Origin: Candidatus Marinacidobacterales bacterium
Lineage (GTDB): Bacteria > Acidobacteriota > Vicinamibacteria > Marinacidobacterales > SMYC01
Direction: 5' to 3'
Assembly (NCBI GenBank): GCA_965224085.1
Contig: CBDCYI010000011.1
Location: 1,472,001 to 1,536,000 of the forward strand
Length of the DNA: 64,000 bases
The position numbers and the translations under genes are program-made. A model generated the notes under the pieces. It saw nothing but the letters and a program-made list of their open reading frames with translations, was not told the origin of the DNA and ran no database searches. Shown here piece after piece: positions 8,432-17,962 of this stretch. How positions within the stretch are numbered: position 1 is the stretch's first letter; each line of letters starts with the position of its first letter.

Positions 8432-10202
8432 ATGGCCAACCATTCGTCGACACCGTTCGACCAGGGCCTGTTCCTGGTACATCTGAACCGCGGGCGCGAG
8501 CATTTCGACCGACGGAATTTCATCGACGCAGCCGAGCAGCTCGAAGAGGCGCGTCGTCTTCGCCCCGAGGACGACACGGTTCTGAACCTTCTCGGCCTCG
8601 CCTATTTCAAGCAGGAGAAATATAAGGAGTCAGACGCCGTTTATCGCAAGCTCATCGAGCTCAACCCCGAGTCCTATACCCTTCACTTCAACCTGGGACT
8701 CGTGTGCTTCAAGATGCTCGATCTGGACAACGCGGAAGCGGTTTTCCTTCGAGCTCTCGAGCTCAAGCCCGATAATCAAAAAGCGCATTTCTACCTTGGC
8801 AATATCTACGAGAAAAAAAGCCAGTACTACAACGCTATCTTCCAGTATCGAAAAGCCGGGGCCAACATCATGGTCAAGCGGGTGCAGGAGAAAATCGATC
8901 TCGAGCGCCCTGCTGACCGGGCTGTCCAGGCCGAGGGTGCCGGCGAGAGGGACTCGATGGTCCCGACGCCGAGCCCCGACGATACGCGGCCATCGCGTGG
9001 TATCTCCGAGGCAGTGCCCAACATGGACGCCTCGGGTATCACGATCGGGGGCATTAAAGATACGGATACGCTCGAGAAAGTCAACGTCGATCACATCGAT
9101 CGACGCCGCTTCCTGACCGCGCTCCAAGAAGGGCTCTTCAAAGATGAACCGCGGCCCGAGCCTGGAGCCGTGTCCGACGACACGTCTCCAAACCTCGAGA
9201 TAGGCCTGAGCCCGTCGCGCCCAGCGACCAAAACCGTGGACACACAGAGGAAGTTCTTTCCGCCGAAGACCAGGCGGTCATCGCGGAGACCTTGGACCGA
9301 ATTGCCCCAGACGCAGAGAGCGTGCCGTCTGCGGAGGCGAGACCTGACTCGAAAGGCACCCGCTTACGGCTAACCGAGCCGCTCGTGCCCGATCTGTCGC
9401 TCGAGGATGCCTCAAGACATAAGCTTCCAGAACGGGCAAGCTCGGAGTTGTTCTCCGATCGTCGCCACGACGAACAGCGCGAAAGCGTCCGCTCCGGGGG
9501 CATCCCGCCCGGCCTCTCTCGACCGGAGAGTCGGATGCGCACGGCCACCCGCAGCACATCGATTGGCGTTCCGCCGGCCAGGAGAGGGAGTCCCACGTCC
9601 GTACGCACATGCGCCGGCGGGACGATACTTTCCGCTACCTCGAGAACAATCTCATGGAGGTCAACTTCTCGGGGAAAGTGTTCATCAAGCAGGGCACGAT
9701 CTACAGCTATAGCGGCAATCTAACGTTTTGGGTCAAGCCTCGGCGCGAAGAATCCGCACCAGCGCTCGTGATCGTGAGCGGCACGGGTAAACTCCTTCTC
9801 ACCGATCGCCAACGCGACATCACCGTGCTACAAATCGATGAGGAGGAGATCTTCGTCGAGCCGTCCCACCTCCTGGCATGTGAGGAGACCCTCATGCCGC
9901 ACCACGCCGTCATCGAGAAAACCGACGGTGATCCTGCCGGTGGCATGCACGTGCTCATGATCAAAGGCACGGGGGTCGTTGCGCTCTCGCTCGCGACGAG
10001 CCCCCTCGTCATGACGGTTCAAAAGGACTACCCCGTCAACGTGTCGAGCGCGAGCTTGATTTCATGGTCCGGAGACCTGACACCCACGCTCGTCCAAGAC
10101 GAGGCGCTCGCGGAGCTCATGCAGCCGGGAGCCGAAGCGGGCGTGACCCTCCGTCTCGAGGGCGACGGCAAAGTCTTGATGGAAAAATCAGCGAGGGGTT
10201 GA
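8432..10202 (+). pseudogene. TPR + AIM24 (DUF124)-like protein, split by two apparent -1 frameshifts (about 9246 and 9578)
   Basis: TPRs in 8432-8900; linker continues in the next frame (EEVLSAEDQAV...), then an AIM24-like domain (YSYSGNLTF, GTGKLLL, LEGDGKVL) in the third frame. Confidence 0.7.
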
Positions 10203-10203
10203 T

Positions 10204-11442
10204 TCAGCGAAACTGCGACCGAACGAACAACACTTCCTGGCCGCTCGACTCGAGCTCGTAGAACGCATTCCCGATGCTCCCGTCCATGTGCGTTTGTAGC
10301 GCGGACGCGAACTCCCGTGCATCTTCGAGGCTGTCCCAAACGCTACGCCACACGAGCCGAAAGCCTTCGCTCGTGCGCAGGACGGCGAAAGCATCCCCAC
10401 CCCAGCCTGCGGCCGCGCCGTTGGCTTGGGCGCTCGCGGCACCGCCGCGTAGCAGCACTTGGATGAGAAGCTCGCCAAGGCGTCCCTCGAAATCGACTTC
10501 CGCCCCGTGTGTTTCGGAGAGTTGCACCGGAACCGGCTCGTCCAATCTGTCTGGCCGGTCCAGATATTTTTCCGGATGGAGCACTTGCTCCATCGAGCGC
10601 GGCGGACGCTTCATGAGCTCATTCAATAGCGCGAATCCGCCTTTCTCATAGGCGGCCATAGCCAAAGCTCGGCCCTGCATGTAGGGTGCGACGAGCTGCT
10701 CCTGCACGATGTCTGGCGCCGTCTTCAAAGCGGGTCCCGCGCCCAACATCTCGGCGATATCCGCGCCGCTCAAGCCTTGGTTGAAAACCTGGAACAAATT
10801 CGCCATCTCGGGCGTGCTCTCTGTGACGCCCGATGTCAGATAGTGCTCCATAAGTACAGAAGCATCACCCTCGAACAGGCAAAGGGCGGCGAGGCGGCGA
10901 TCGTCGTAGTCGCTATCCACGGTCAGCTTCTCGCGGATGACGACGTGCTGATCTTGCAAAGCATGCCGCAGCTCGTGCGAAAGAATGAGCTGATTCATCA
11001 CGTTGAGGGTACGCCCTGTCGAGATGGCGAAAAGTTTCTTGACACCGGGGCGCTCGTCGTAAAAGCCCGCGATGTTCTCGTTGAGCACCCTCTCGCGGAT
11101 CGCTCTCAAGTCTTGCCCGTCCTCGAGAAAACCGAAGCCCCGGAGAGCACGCTCTTCTCGCTCGGCAAGGTCGGTAGGATACTCTTCATCGAAGAGCTCG
11201 CGGAGGTATTCCGTGAGCTCTTCCCGCGACATGAAATCGATGGGAACCGCTTGACGGAAGCGAAGCTCCCCGATTTCCTCGACCTTCCGCGAGAGCTCGG
11301 CAGGCTCGACCGGAGCGAGCCCCAAGAGCCGGCCAAGCTGATCGAGGGCCTCAGCTATCTGGGCCTCGTCCACTTGTGCGGATTGGGACGCGCCCACCGC
11401 GATAAACAACGTAATGAGAACTGCGAGTAGGATTCGTTTCAT
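10204..11442 (-). CDS. Secreted putative zinc metallopeptidase (HExxH)
   Basis: Signal peptide; IAGFYD, LSHELRHALQDQH, EGDA, SMEQVLHPEKY, AAGWGGD. Confidence 0.75.
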   Translation of the reverse strand: MKRILLAVLITLFIAVGASQSAQVDEAQIAEALDQLGRLLGLAPVEPAELSRKVEEIGELRFRQAVPIDFMSREELTEYLRELFDEEYPTDLAEREERALRGFGFLEDGQDLRAIRERVLNENIAGFYDERPGVKKLFAISTGRTLNVMNQLILSHELRHALQDQHVVIREKLTVDSDYDDRRLAALCLFEGDASVLMEHYLTSGVTESTPEMANLFQVFNQGLSGADIAEMLGAGPALKTAPDIVQEQLVAPYMQGRALAMAAYEKGGFALLNELMKRPPRSMEQVLHPEKYLDRPDRLDEPVPVQLSETHGAEVDFEGRLGELLIQVLLRGGAASAQANGAAAGWGGDAFAVLRTSEGFRLVWRSVWDSLEDAREFASALQTHMDGSIGNAFYELESSGQEVLFVRSQFR

Positions 11443-11529
11443 TTGAAATCAGCTATCGTCTACACCGGTCAAGAATTCTATTCTGTGCAGCGTGTGGTTT
11501 TCCAAGGCCCCGGTCGAGGGAGGGTTTGT

Positions 11530-12252
11530 TTAGGCCGCTTTGGGGCGCAGAAGCGCTTCGAAGCGGCACTCGTCCTCGCCCTGGCCCCGGCAACTCGCTT
11601 CAGTGACCGAGTAGCAGTGGATGTCCGTTTTCTCGAGTAGCCCGGCGAAGAGGCCCGCATAAAAGTGACAACGCTTCTGGCCGCCATCCTCCGCTGGCGT
11701 GTGGCAGAACAACGAATTCCCCAAACTCAGCAGGAGCTTCTCACCATCCCGTTTTACTGCCAGCTGAGCGTCTTTGTGAATGCTCCTGAGGCCCGAATGG
11801 AGCAGATGCTTCACGAGCCGCTCGCGGCCGAAGCGAGGCAGGCTTTCGAGCAGCCGCCGCTCAATTGGGGAGAACTCGCCATAAGCCCGCTCCGAAGCAT
11901 TGCGGCCCGCGGCGTCGATCACTTTGGCGTAGAGCGTTGGATTGCGGCGCAAGTAGCCCACCGCGCCGATCACAGTCGCGATGTGGAATCGTGTTTGACG
12001 CGCCGACGGGTCGAACCACTCGCTCAACACCTCGAGCTCTCCGGGCGCATGCTCTTCGATGGCCTTTTGCAGGCTTGTCACGAAGACGCGCTCGACCTGA
12101 ACTTCTTTGATTTCGGCAGAACGCCCCATCAGCTCGATGGCTCCATCCATCCATGTCCGTAGGACGGGCTTTGCCCGGGAAATTGGCACGCTGTTATCAT
12201 TAGCTTTCGGAGTTTCTGTCGACGAGTATACCATCGGAGCTTGTCGGCCCAA
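11530..12252 (-). CDS. V4R-domain protein (start uncertain)
   Basis: C-terminal CHFYAGLFAGL...EASCRGQGEDECRFE V4R signature. Confidence 0.75.
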   Translation of the reverse strand: MGRQAPMVYSSTETPKANDNSVPISRAKPVLRTWMDGAIELMGRSAEIKEVQVERVFVTSLQKAIEEHAPGELEVLSEWFDPSARQTRFHIATVIGAVGYLRRNPTLYAKVIDAAGRNASERAYGEFSPIERRLLESLPRFGRERLVKHLLHSGLRSIHKDAQLAVKRDGEKLLLSLGNSLFCHTPAEDGGQKRCHFYAGLFAGLLEKTDIHCYSVTEASCRGQGEDECRFEALLRPKAA

Positions 12253-12257
12253 AGTCT

Positions 12258-12872
12258 ATGACCGATCTCGAAGGTGCCGTCCTTGTGGGCGGCGGTAGCC
12301 ACCGAATGGGACGCGACAAATCCGGCCTCCCTGTCGGTGGACGACCGATGCTCGAACGGATTGTCGAGGCAATGTCCTCAGTCGTCGAGCGCGTGCGCCT
12401 TGTGGGCTCCAACCGAGAGGCCAACGAAGGTTTAACCAACGCCATAACAGCACTTTGCGAGCACCAGCCCGACCTCGAGCCCGGACTCGGGCCGCTTTCC
12501 GGCATCCACGCCGCGCTTATGACCTCGATGGCCCCGGCCGTGCTCGTCGTGGCATGCGACCTCCCTTTCGTCACACAACGCTTCCTGAGAGGCCTTTGTG
12601 CGGAGCTCACCAACGAGGACGATGCCGTCGTTCCCATCGACGCTTCGGGCCGCCTCGTCGCGGTGTGCGCGGTCTATCGAACGTCGTGCCTGTCCACTCT
12701 CGAGCTTCGCCTGGAAAGACAGGAGCTCGCCGCGCAAGGCTTCGCTGCCTCCGTGCGCACGCGCTATTTGGGTGGCAAAGCCCTGCGCGCGCTCGACCCG
12801 AGAGGCCTCTGCTTGAAAAACATCAACACGCCCGCCGAGCTCGACGAAGCGCGAAAAATAGCCAGTCTCTAG
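12258..12872 (+). CDS. mobA: Molybdenum cofactor guanylyltransferase
   Basis: LVGGGSHRMGRDK, GPLSGIHAAL, ACDLPF, NINTP. Confidence 0.92.
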   Translation: MTDLEGAVLVGGGSHRMGRDKSGLPVGGRPMLERIVEAMSSVVERVRLVGSNREANEGLTNAITALCEHQPDLEPGLGPLSGIHAALMTSMAPAVLVVACDLPFVTQRFLRGLCAELTNEDDAVVPIDASGRLVAVCAVYRTSCLSTLELRLERQELAAQGFAASVRTRYLGGKALRALDPRGLCLKNINTPAELDEARKIASL

Positions 12873-12930
12873 AATGGCCAGCAGCCGAGCCTATCAGACA
12901 GGATCTCCTCTGCTTTCCTCTTTCTTTTCG

Positions 12931-12965
12931 TTGCGCCTTTGCGACTTTGCGTCTTTGCGCTGCGC
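12931..12965. repeat. Tandem octamer repeat (CTTTGCGN, about 4 copies)
   Basis: TTGCGC CTTTGCGA CTTTGCGT CTTTGCGC TGCGC between convergent mobA and the symporter. Confidence 0.7.
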
Positions 12966-13027
12966 TTTTCTCAATATTGATCTTTTCCGAGCACCCCAAA
13001 TCGGACTAGTCAGGATGCTTTGAGCTC

Positions 13028-14293
13028 TTACGCCTCGCTCGCGGCGACGTAGCACACGGCGGTCGCATCTCCGGTCACGTTGACGACGGTACGGCCCATA
13101 TCGAGAATACGCTCCACGCCGAGAACGAGCGCAAGCCCCTCTCCGGGGATGCCGAAATGCATCAAGACGACGATGATGATCGGCAGGGATCCGCTCGGGA
13201 CGCCGGCAGCGCCGACTGCCGTGAGCACGGCAAACAGGATCACGGTTAGCTGAGAGACATAGCCGATCTCGATCCCGAAGACCTGCCCCAAGAAGAGGAC
13301 GACGACCGTTACGAATAGTGATGTCCCGTTCATGTTGATCGTGGCTCCCAATGGAAGGACGAAGCCCGCGAGACGTCGCGGAACGCCGAGGCCCTCCTCG
13401 CTCACCTTCATGGTCGTCGGGAGCGTCGCTGCCGACGAGCTCGTCGAAAGCGCCGTCACCATGACCGGAATCATCGTCTTGAAAAAATGCACGGGATCTA
13501 CACTGGCGACAAACTTCACGAGAGCCGCATAACTTCCGAACTGGTGCAAAACGTAGCCCGCGAGCACGACGAAGACAAACAGAGACAGCTGCCCGAAGAT
13601 GCTCCACCCGAAACGCGCGGTAACATCAAAGATGAGCGCCGGCACAGCGTAAGGCGCCAACCGCATCGCCATACCAACGATGACGACCATTGCAGAGCCG
13701 ACGCCTTCGAGCAACGCGTTGACGGGAGCAGCTTTCTCGCCGGGCAAGCTCGCGAGCGCGATGCCGAAAAAAATAGCGGTTACGATGATAGGAATCATGT
13801 TGAGCTCGACCGCGTCCTTGAGCGGATTGCGGCTGACAATCCCCACGAGCACATCGGGCCAAAACCTTTGCTGCTCCGCCATCGCGCGCTTTTCACCCGC
13901 CTCACCACGATACTGCTCGAGGAGCGCCGTCTGGTCCGCCGGATCGAAGCGATCTCCGGGCCGCACGACTTGGACGAGCAGCAAGCCCAAAGTCGCGGAA
14001 ATAGTGCTCGTGGCGACGAAATAGCCAAGTGTTTTGGTGCTGACTCGGCCGAGCTTGTGGCCGCTTCCGAGCTGAGAAACGCCGAGAGCGATCGAGCAGA
14101 ACACGATCGGAACGACCACCATGAAGAGAAGATTCAGGAAGATCCGGCCGAGCGGGGCGGTGAAATTCGTAATGAGCCACTCGAGCTGGCGCGGGGCAAG
14201 AGCTTCACTCGCGACGAGCTGATTGGCGACGAGCCCTAAAACGGCGCCCATTGCAAAGCCGACAAAGATTCGCGTGTGCAGGGTGAGCTTCAC
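13028..14293 (-). CDS. Dicarboxylate/amino acid:cation symporter (DAACS family)
   Basis: ALSTSSSAATLP, LPLGATINMNGT, GAAGVPSG, ERILDMGRTVVNVTGD. Confidence 0.93.
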   Translation of the reverse strand: MKLTLHTRIFVGFAMGAVLGLVANQLVASEALAPRQLEWLITNFTAPLGRIFLNLLFMVVVPIVFCSIALGVSQLGSGHKLGRVSTKTLGYFVATSTISATLGLLLVQVVRPGDRFDPADQTALLEQYRGEAGEKRAMAEQQRFWPDVLVGIVSRNPLKDAVELNMIPIIVTAIFFGIALASLPGEKAAPVNALLEGVGSAMVVIVGMAMRLAPYAVPALIFDVTARFGWSIFGQLSLFVFVVLAGYVLHQFGSYAALVKFVASVDPVHFFKTMIPVMVTALSTSSSAATLPTTMKVSEEGLGVPRRLAGFVLPLGATINMNGTSLFVTVVVLFLGQVFGIEIGYVSQLTVILFAVLTAVGAAGVPSGSLPIIIVVLMHFGIPGEGLALVLGVERILDMGRTVVNVTGDATAVCYVAASEA

Positions 14294-14374
14294 GGGCTTT
14301 GCCGTTTCGTCAAAACGCGGGCGAGTATATCAGAGCCGATCCCGCTCGGTGGCGGGACTGCCCAGCGGAGAACG

Positions 14375-14878
14375 CTATTCGAACGGGCGGGGCTGTTCGC
14401 GCCTTTGTCCGCGCACCTGTCGCATGAGCTGCGTGAGCCGGCGCTGAATCTCTGCCTCGAGGATGCGGTAACGGGCCCTTTGGCGGATCTCGAGAATCTC
14501 GTCGATCGCGGCGTAGCGTTCTCTCTGATTCTGCGAGAACTCGATTTCCAAAGCGTCGAGCTCGTCGAGCAAGCGCACGAGCTCCTCCTCTCTAGCCTCG
14601 TCGCGCCGGAGCGTTTGGCGCATCCGACGCAAGAGGGTCATCCGGCCTTGGTGATAATTGCGGCGCGTGTCCTGAAGCTTCTTTTGGGCGACGACCATCG
14701 TTCCAAATTGGTCGTCGGTCAGCTCGAGAGCATCCTGGAGCTTGCTCAGGATGTAGGCGTCCATCATTCCCTCGACCTCATCGCGATTCGGCCCGACATC
14801 GCGCTCCTGCGCGTTTGTGGAAGCGGCGAAAGCGACAACGACGACCAGGGACGCGATGGACCAAACGAGTCTCTTCAT
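14375..14878 (-). CDS. Secreted helical protein (Spy/CpxP-like)
   Basis: Signal peptide, LELTDDQ, coiled-coil, helical; overlaps the upstream fragment via ATGA. Confidence 0.65.
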   Translation of the reverse strand: MKRLVWSIASLVVVVAFAASTNAQERDVGPNRDEVEGMMDAYILSKLQDALELTDDQFGTMVVAQKKLQDTRRNYHQGRMTLLRRMRQTLRRDEAREEELVRLLDELDALEIEFSQNQRERYAAIDEILEIRQRARYRILEAEIQRRLTQLMRQVRGQRREQPRPFE

Positions 14879-15095
14879 GACGAGCTAGACCTCAATTCTT
14901 CCGCGAGCTTCTCGACGAAACGACGACGTTCTCCCGCCGTCCAGTCACCCGGATCGAGACCGGTCTCGGATTCTAAGGCCGACGCCTCCTCAGATTCCCA
15001 TTCCTCGCCGAGGGCATCCGTCAAAACCAAAAGGAGTTGAAACTCCGTATCTTGTTCCAAAGGCGGCAATATTTCTTCGAATTCGACTGCTTGTA
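14875..15095 (-). pseudogene. C-terminal remnant of an acidic protein (possibly an anti-sigma partner)
   Basis: ...EEILPPLEQDTEFQLL...WTAGERRRFVEKLAEELRS; stop is coupled to the next ATG, but there is no credible start and it abuts another fragment. Confidence 0.45.
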
Positions 15096-15352
15096 TGTCC
15101 GTTCTCACGCACAAAATCAATGCGGTTCTGATCGAGGATCTGTTCGGTGAAACCGGATTTCGGAAGCTCGATGAAGGCGTTGAGCTCGGAGCTCGCGCGC
15201 ACGCCCCGTCCGTTTGGACGCGCGACGACGACGGTACTCGTTCCGAGATCGAGTCCGATGGGCCTCGCGGATCTGGAAGAGGTCTTTTTGCGAGCTGGAG
15301 CCGCGGGACGCCGGTTCGTCGCGGTCTTTTTTCGAGACTTGCGGATAGCCAT
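15096..15352 (-). pseudogene. N-terminal fragment of an actin-fold ATPase (MreB/MamK-like)
   Basis: SD-like AGGGGATAGG upstream; phosphate-1 motif IGLDLGTSTVVVA; credible sequence ends after about 85 aa. Confidence 0.65.
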
Positions 15353-15638
15353 TTTCGTGATTCCTATCCCCTGATATTCTCGTCGGACTGAAGAGAGGGA
15401 GAAATCCCGTAGTGGGAACGGTCCCGGTCTGCTTGCTAGATCTAAGTCAGCAGGGGCTTAGATAAACAAAAGATCCAAGAGAAAAGGGTAACACTTTGGC
15501 GGGTTTTGGGTAGCCGCGGGCTCTAGGCGGTGAACGGCACGGATGTCAGGACGAGCGCTGTCACGAGCCCCAGGAACGAGATTCTGCTTTCCACGAAACT
15601 AGCGAGGTCGCGTTGCTTTTGTCAATCTGCTCGTCGAT

Positions 15639-15677
15639 CTATTACAGGCTATTGCAGGCTATTACAGGCTATTGCAG
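15639..15677. repeat. Tandem decamer repeat (CTATTRCAGG x4)
   Basis: CTATTACAGG CTATTGCAGG CTATTACAGG CTATTGCAG. Confidence 0.85.
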
Positions 15678-16053
15678 AAACAAAACAGCCGTCACGGGAC
15701 CGAGCTTTACGGCCATAGGAAACGTCAGCTCCATGGCCATTTGCGCCCACATCTGGCTCAAAACGAACAATCCGACACTCAAGACAACGATTCTACCCAA
15801 CCGTCCACGAGTAACTGGCACGTATAACTCCCTAGAGAATAAATTAAAGTTGCATGAATCCCCATTCCTATTAGAAATCTACGATTTAGAGATTCACAGA
15901 TGCATCGTAGGGAATCGAAGTAGCCGTGTCTAGAGTAAGAAATTCCCCATATGCTGTTTCCCCCGCACAAACACGGTTGGTCGGCTCACTTGGGTGGGTT
16001 TCCCCACGACGTTGCCGGCGTTTGGCGTCGGGAACAGCGCTTGACGGATCTGT

Positions 16054-16392
16054 TCAGCCGCCATCATCTTCGCCAGATCTGACGTTGTCTTCCACCCAGC
16101 CGAGATAGGCGGCGGAGCCGTTTTGGATTGGCAGCGCGATGAGCTCGGGCACGTCGTAGGGGTGGAGCTCGTCGAAGGCAGTTCGAAGAGCATCGAAGCA
16201 CGCCTCGCGCGTCTTCATCAACAATAGCTGCTCGTCGTCTTCTTCGATGGCTCCTTTCCAGTGATAGAAGCTGCGGACTTTCGCCAGGACGTTCACACAG
16301 GCGACGAGTCTCCGCTCGAGAAGGGCATGGGCCAACCGGGCCGCCGTAGGCTCGTCGCCGACGGTGGTCATGGCCAAGATGTAATCCGACAT
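16054..16392 (-). CDS. cutA: Divalent-cation tolerance protein CutA
   Basis: LVACVN, SFYHWKG, HPYDVPELIAL, YLGWV. Confidence 0.93.
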   Translation of the reverse strand: MSDYILAMTTVGDEPTAARLAHALLERRLVACVNVLAKVRSFYHWKGAIEEDDEQLLLMKTREACFDALRTAFDELHPYDVPELIALPIQNGSAAYLGWVEDNVRSGEDDGG

Positions 16393-16649
16393 GGTCTGTT
16401 CTCTCCTCCCTGCTTGCTACCTACGGGTCCGCGCAAAATCAGTTCGCATTTTCGGGCCCCATTTATCAAAGGGCGCACGACTGGCAAAGCGCGAGGAGCG
16501 AATAATATCCAGATCGATGAATGACGATCAACGCCGCCAAACGTGGTGCTTCGACGTCCCAAAATGTGAAGTTATCGTTGCGCAGGCCCTTAAGAGCCGA
16601 GAGGTTGCACGTTTTGTCGCGACCGCAACTATAATGTAGGGACACCGAC

Positions 16650-17006
16650 ATGCCGAAAGTTCCGCCGAGAAATAGAGGTCGCGGCCACCAACGGGTGGAG
16701 CGCCTTCAGGAGTCGAAAGTCAAGAAGAAGGCCCTGGGGCTCGCCGCCTTTCTCATCGTCGTGGCATCGATAGTCAACGCCTTTTTCGGCGAGCGCGGCG
16801 TTTTGGGCCTCATAGAAGTGAGTAAGAACTTCCAAGAGCTCGAACGCGAGGTGCACTCGATCAAGTCCGAGAATGAACGCCTAGCGCGGGAGATCCACGC
16901 ATTGCGAACAGACGCGTCGGTCGTAGAACGAAGAGCGCGCGAAGTGCTCGGCATGGCGCGTCCCGGTGAAATCTCCGTCGAGATCCGCCCCTCCGGGAAC
17001 CGCTAG
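16650..17006 (+). CDS. ftsB: Septum formation initiator FtsB/DivIC
   Basis: TM helix, FGERG, coiled coil, ERRAREVLGMARPGE; TATAAT upstream. Confidence 0.85.
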   Translation: MPKVPPRNRGRGHQRVERLQESKVKKKALGLAAFLIVVASIVNAFFGERGVLGLIEVSKNFQELEREVHSIKSENERLAREIHALRTDASVVERRAREVLGMARPGEISVEIRPSGNR

Positions 17007-17014
17007 CAGCCTAT

Positions 17015-17046
17015 CCCCTCATCCTCCCCTCCTATCCCCGTATCCC
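17015..17046 (-). other. Canonical G-quadruplex motif in a convergent intergenic gap
   Basis: Minus strand GGG-ATAC-GGGG-ATAGGA-GGGG-AGGATGA-GGGG. Confidence 0.5.
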
Positions 17047-17897
17047 TAGGAAGACTTCTCCTCGCGAAAGCCGCCGGCGGCCGCGGCGAGCTCACCGCCC
17101 CACAACAAAAGGCAAGCGGACAAGTTGATCCAAAGGAGAAAGACCACGACCGTCGCGAGCGCCCCGTAGGTACGCGTGTAATTGGCCATATGGCTGATGT
17201 AATAGGTAAATCCGACCTTCAGCACGGTCCAGAGCGAGCCTGCCACCAAACCACCGATGAGCGCGACGCGCCACGGGATGGAGGTCGCCGGGATAAGCCA
17301 GTACACAGAAAAAAAAGCCAGCACCGTGATCGACCAGGGCGCAACATAACGACTCACGACGCTATCCACATTTCGATATAGAGGCAGCTCTTTGAGAGGC
17401 GCGAGCGCCGTCGTTTCGATGAATCTGTCTATGGTGGAAAGAAGACCCTCAACAACGACCGAGGCAACGAGCAGAACACTGAGAATCCCAACGAGGGCAA
17501 AGGCGAACACTTTGCGCAGCGCGAAGGGACGCCTTTTGTCGACGCGGAAGACGCTATCCAGGCCGGTTTCGATTTTGGAGAACACTTTGCTCGCGGTCCA
17601 GAAGACGAGAACGAGGTAGCCGACGCCCGACCAAATCTCCTGCTGCATCGATTTGACCTGGGTCATGACTTGAGGCGGGAGGCCATACAGCACGTTTTGC
17701 AGGAAGAGCTCCGTGCCTTTTGCCGCAGCGTCCGTACCGAGTGCGAGCGAGCCTAGAGTCACGAGTAAAACCGCCAGAGGAAGAAACGACAGCAGGCCGA
17801 AATAGGCAATCACCGTCGCACGATCGTAGCATCGGTCACGACGGAAATTGACCGTGGCTCGATAGACCGGTGTCCAGACTTCACGAAGCCGCTTCAT
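17046..17897 (-). CDS. YihY/BrkB family membrane protein
   Basis: IAYFGLLSFLP, YGALATVVVFLLWINLS, LLLWGGEL. Confidence 0.9.
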   Translation of the reverse strand: MKRLREVWTPVYRATVNFRRDRCYDRATVIAYFGLLSFLPLAVLLVTLGSLALGTDAAAKGTELFLQNVLYGLPPQVMTQVKSMQQEIWSGVGYLVLVFWTASKVFSKIETGLDSVFRVDKRRPFALRKVFAFALVGILSVLLVASVVVEGLLSTIDRFIETTALAPLKELPLYRNVDSVVSRYVAPWSITVLAFFSVYWLIPATSIPWRVALIGGLVAGSLWTVLKVGFTYYISHMANYTRTYGALATVVVFLLWINLSACLLLWGGELAAAAGGFREEKSS

Positions 17898-17962
17898 CCA
17901 TCCTATTCAATCAATAAAACGTATGGGAGGACAAGAAGGGCGCGGGAGGATACACTGCGAGC

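Noticed and set aside
15639-15677. CRISPR-like repeats
   Set aside because: 10-bp tandem units with no spacers; no cas genes in the window
15613-15933. 106-aa ORF in the AT-rich gap
   Set aside because: TTG start without SD, atypical codon usage, partly derived from the repeat
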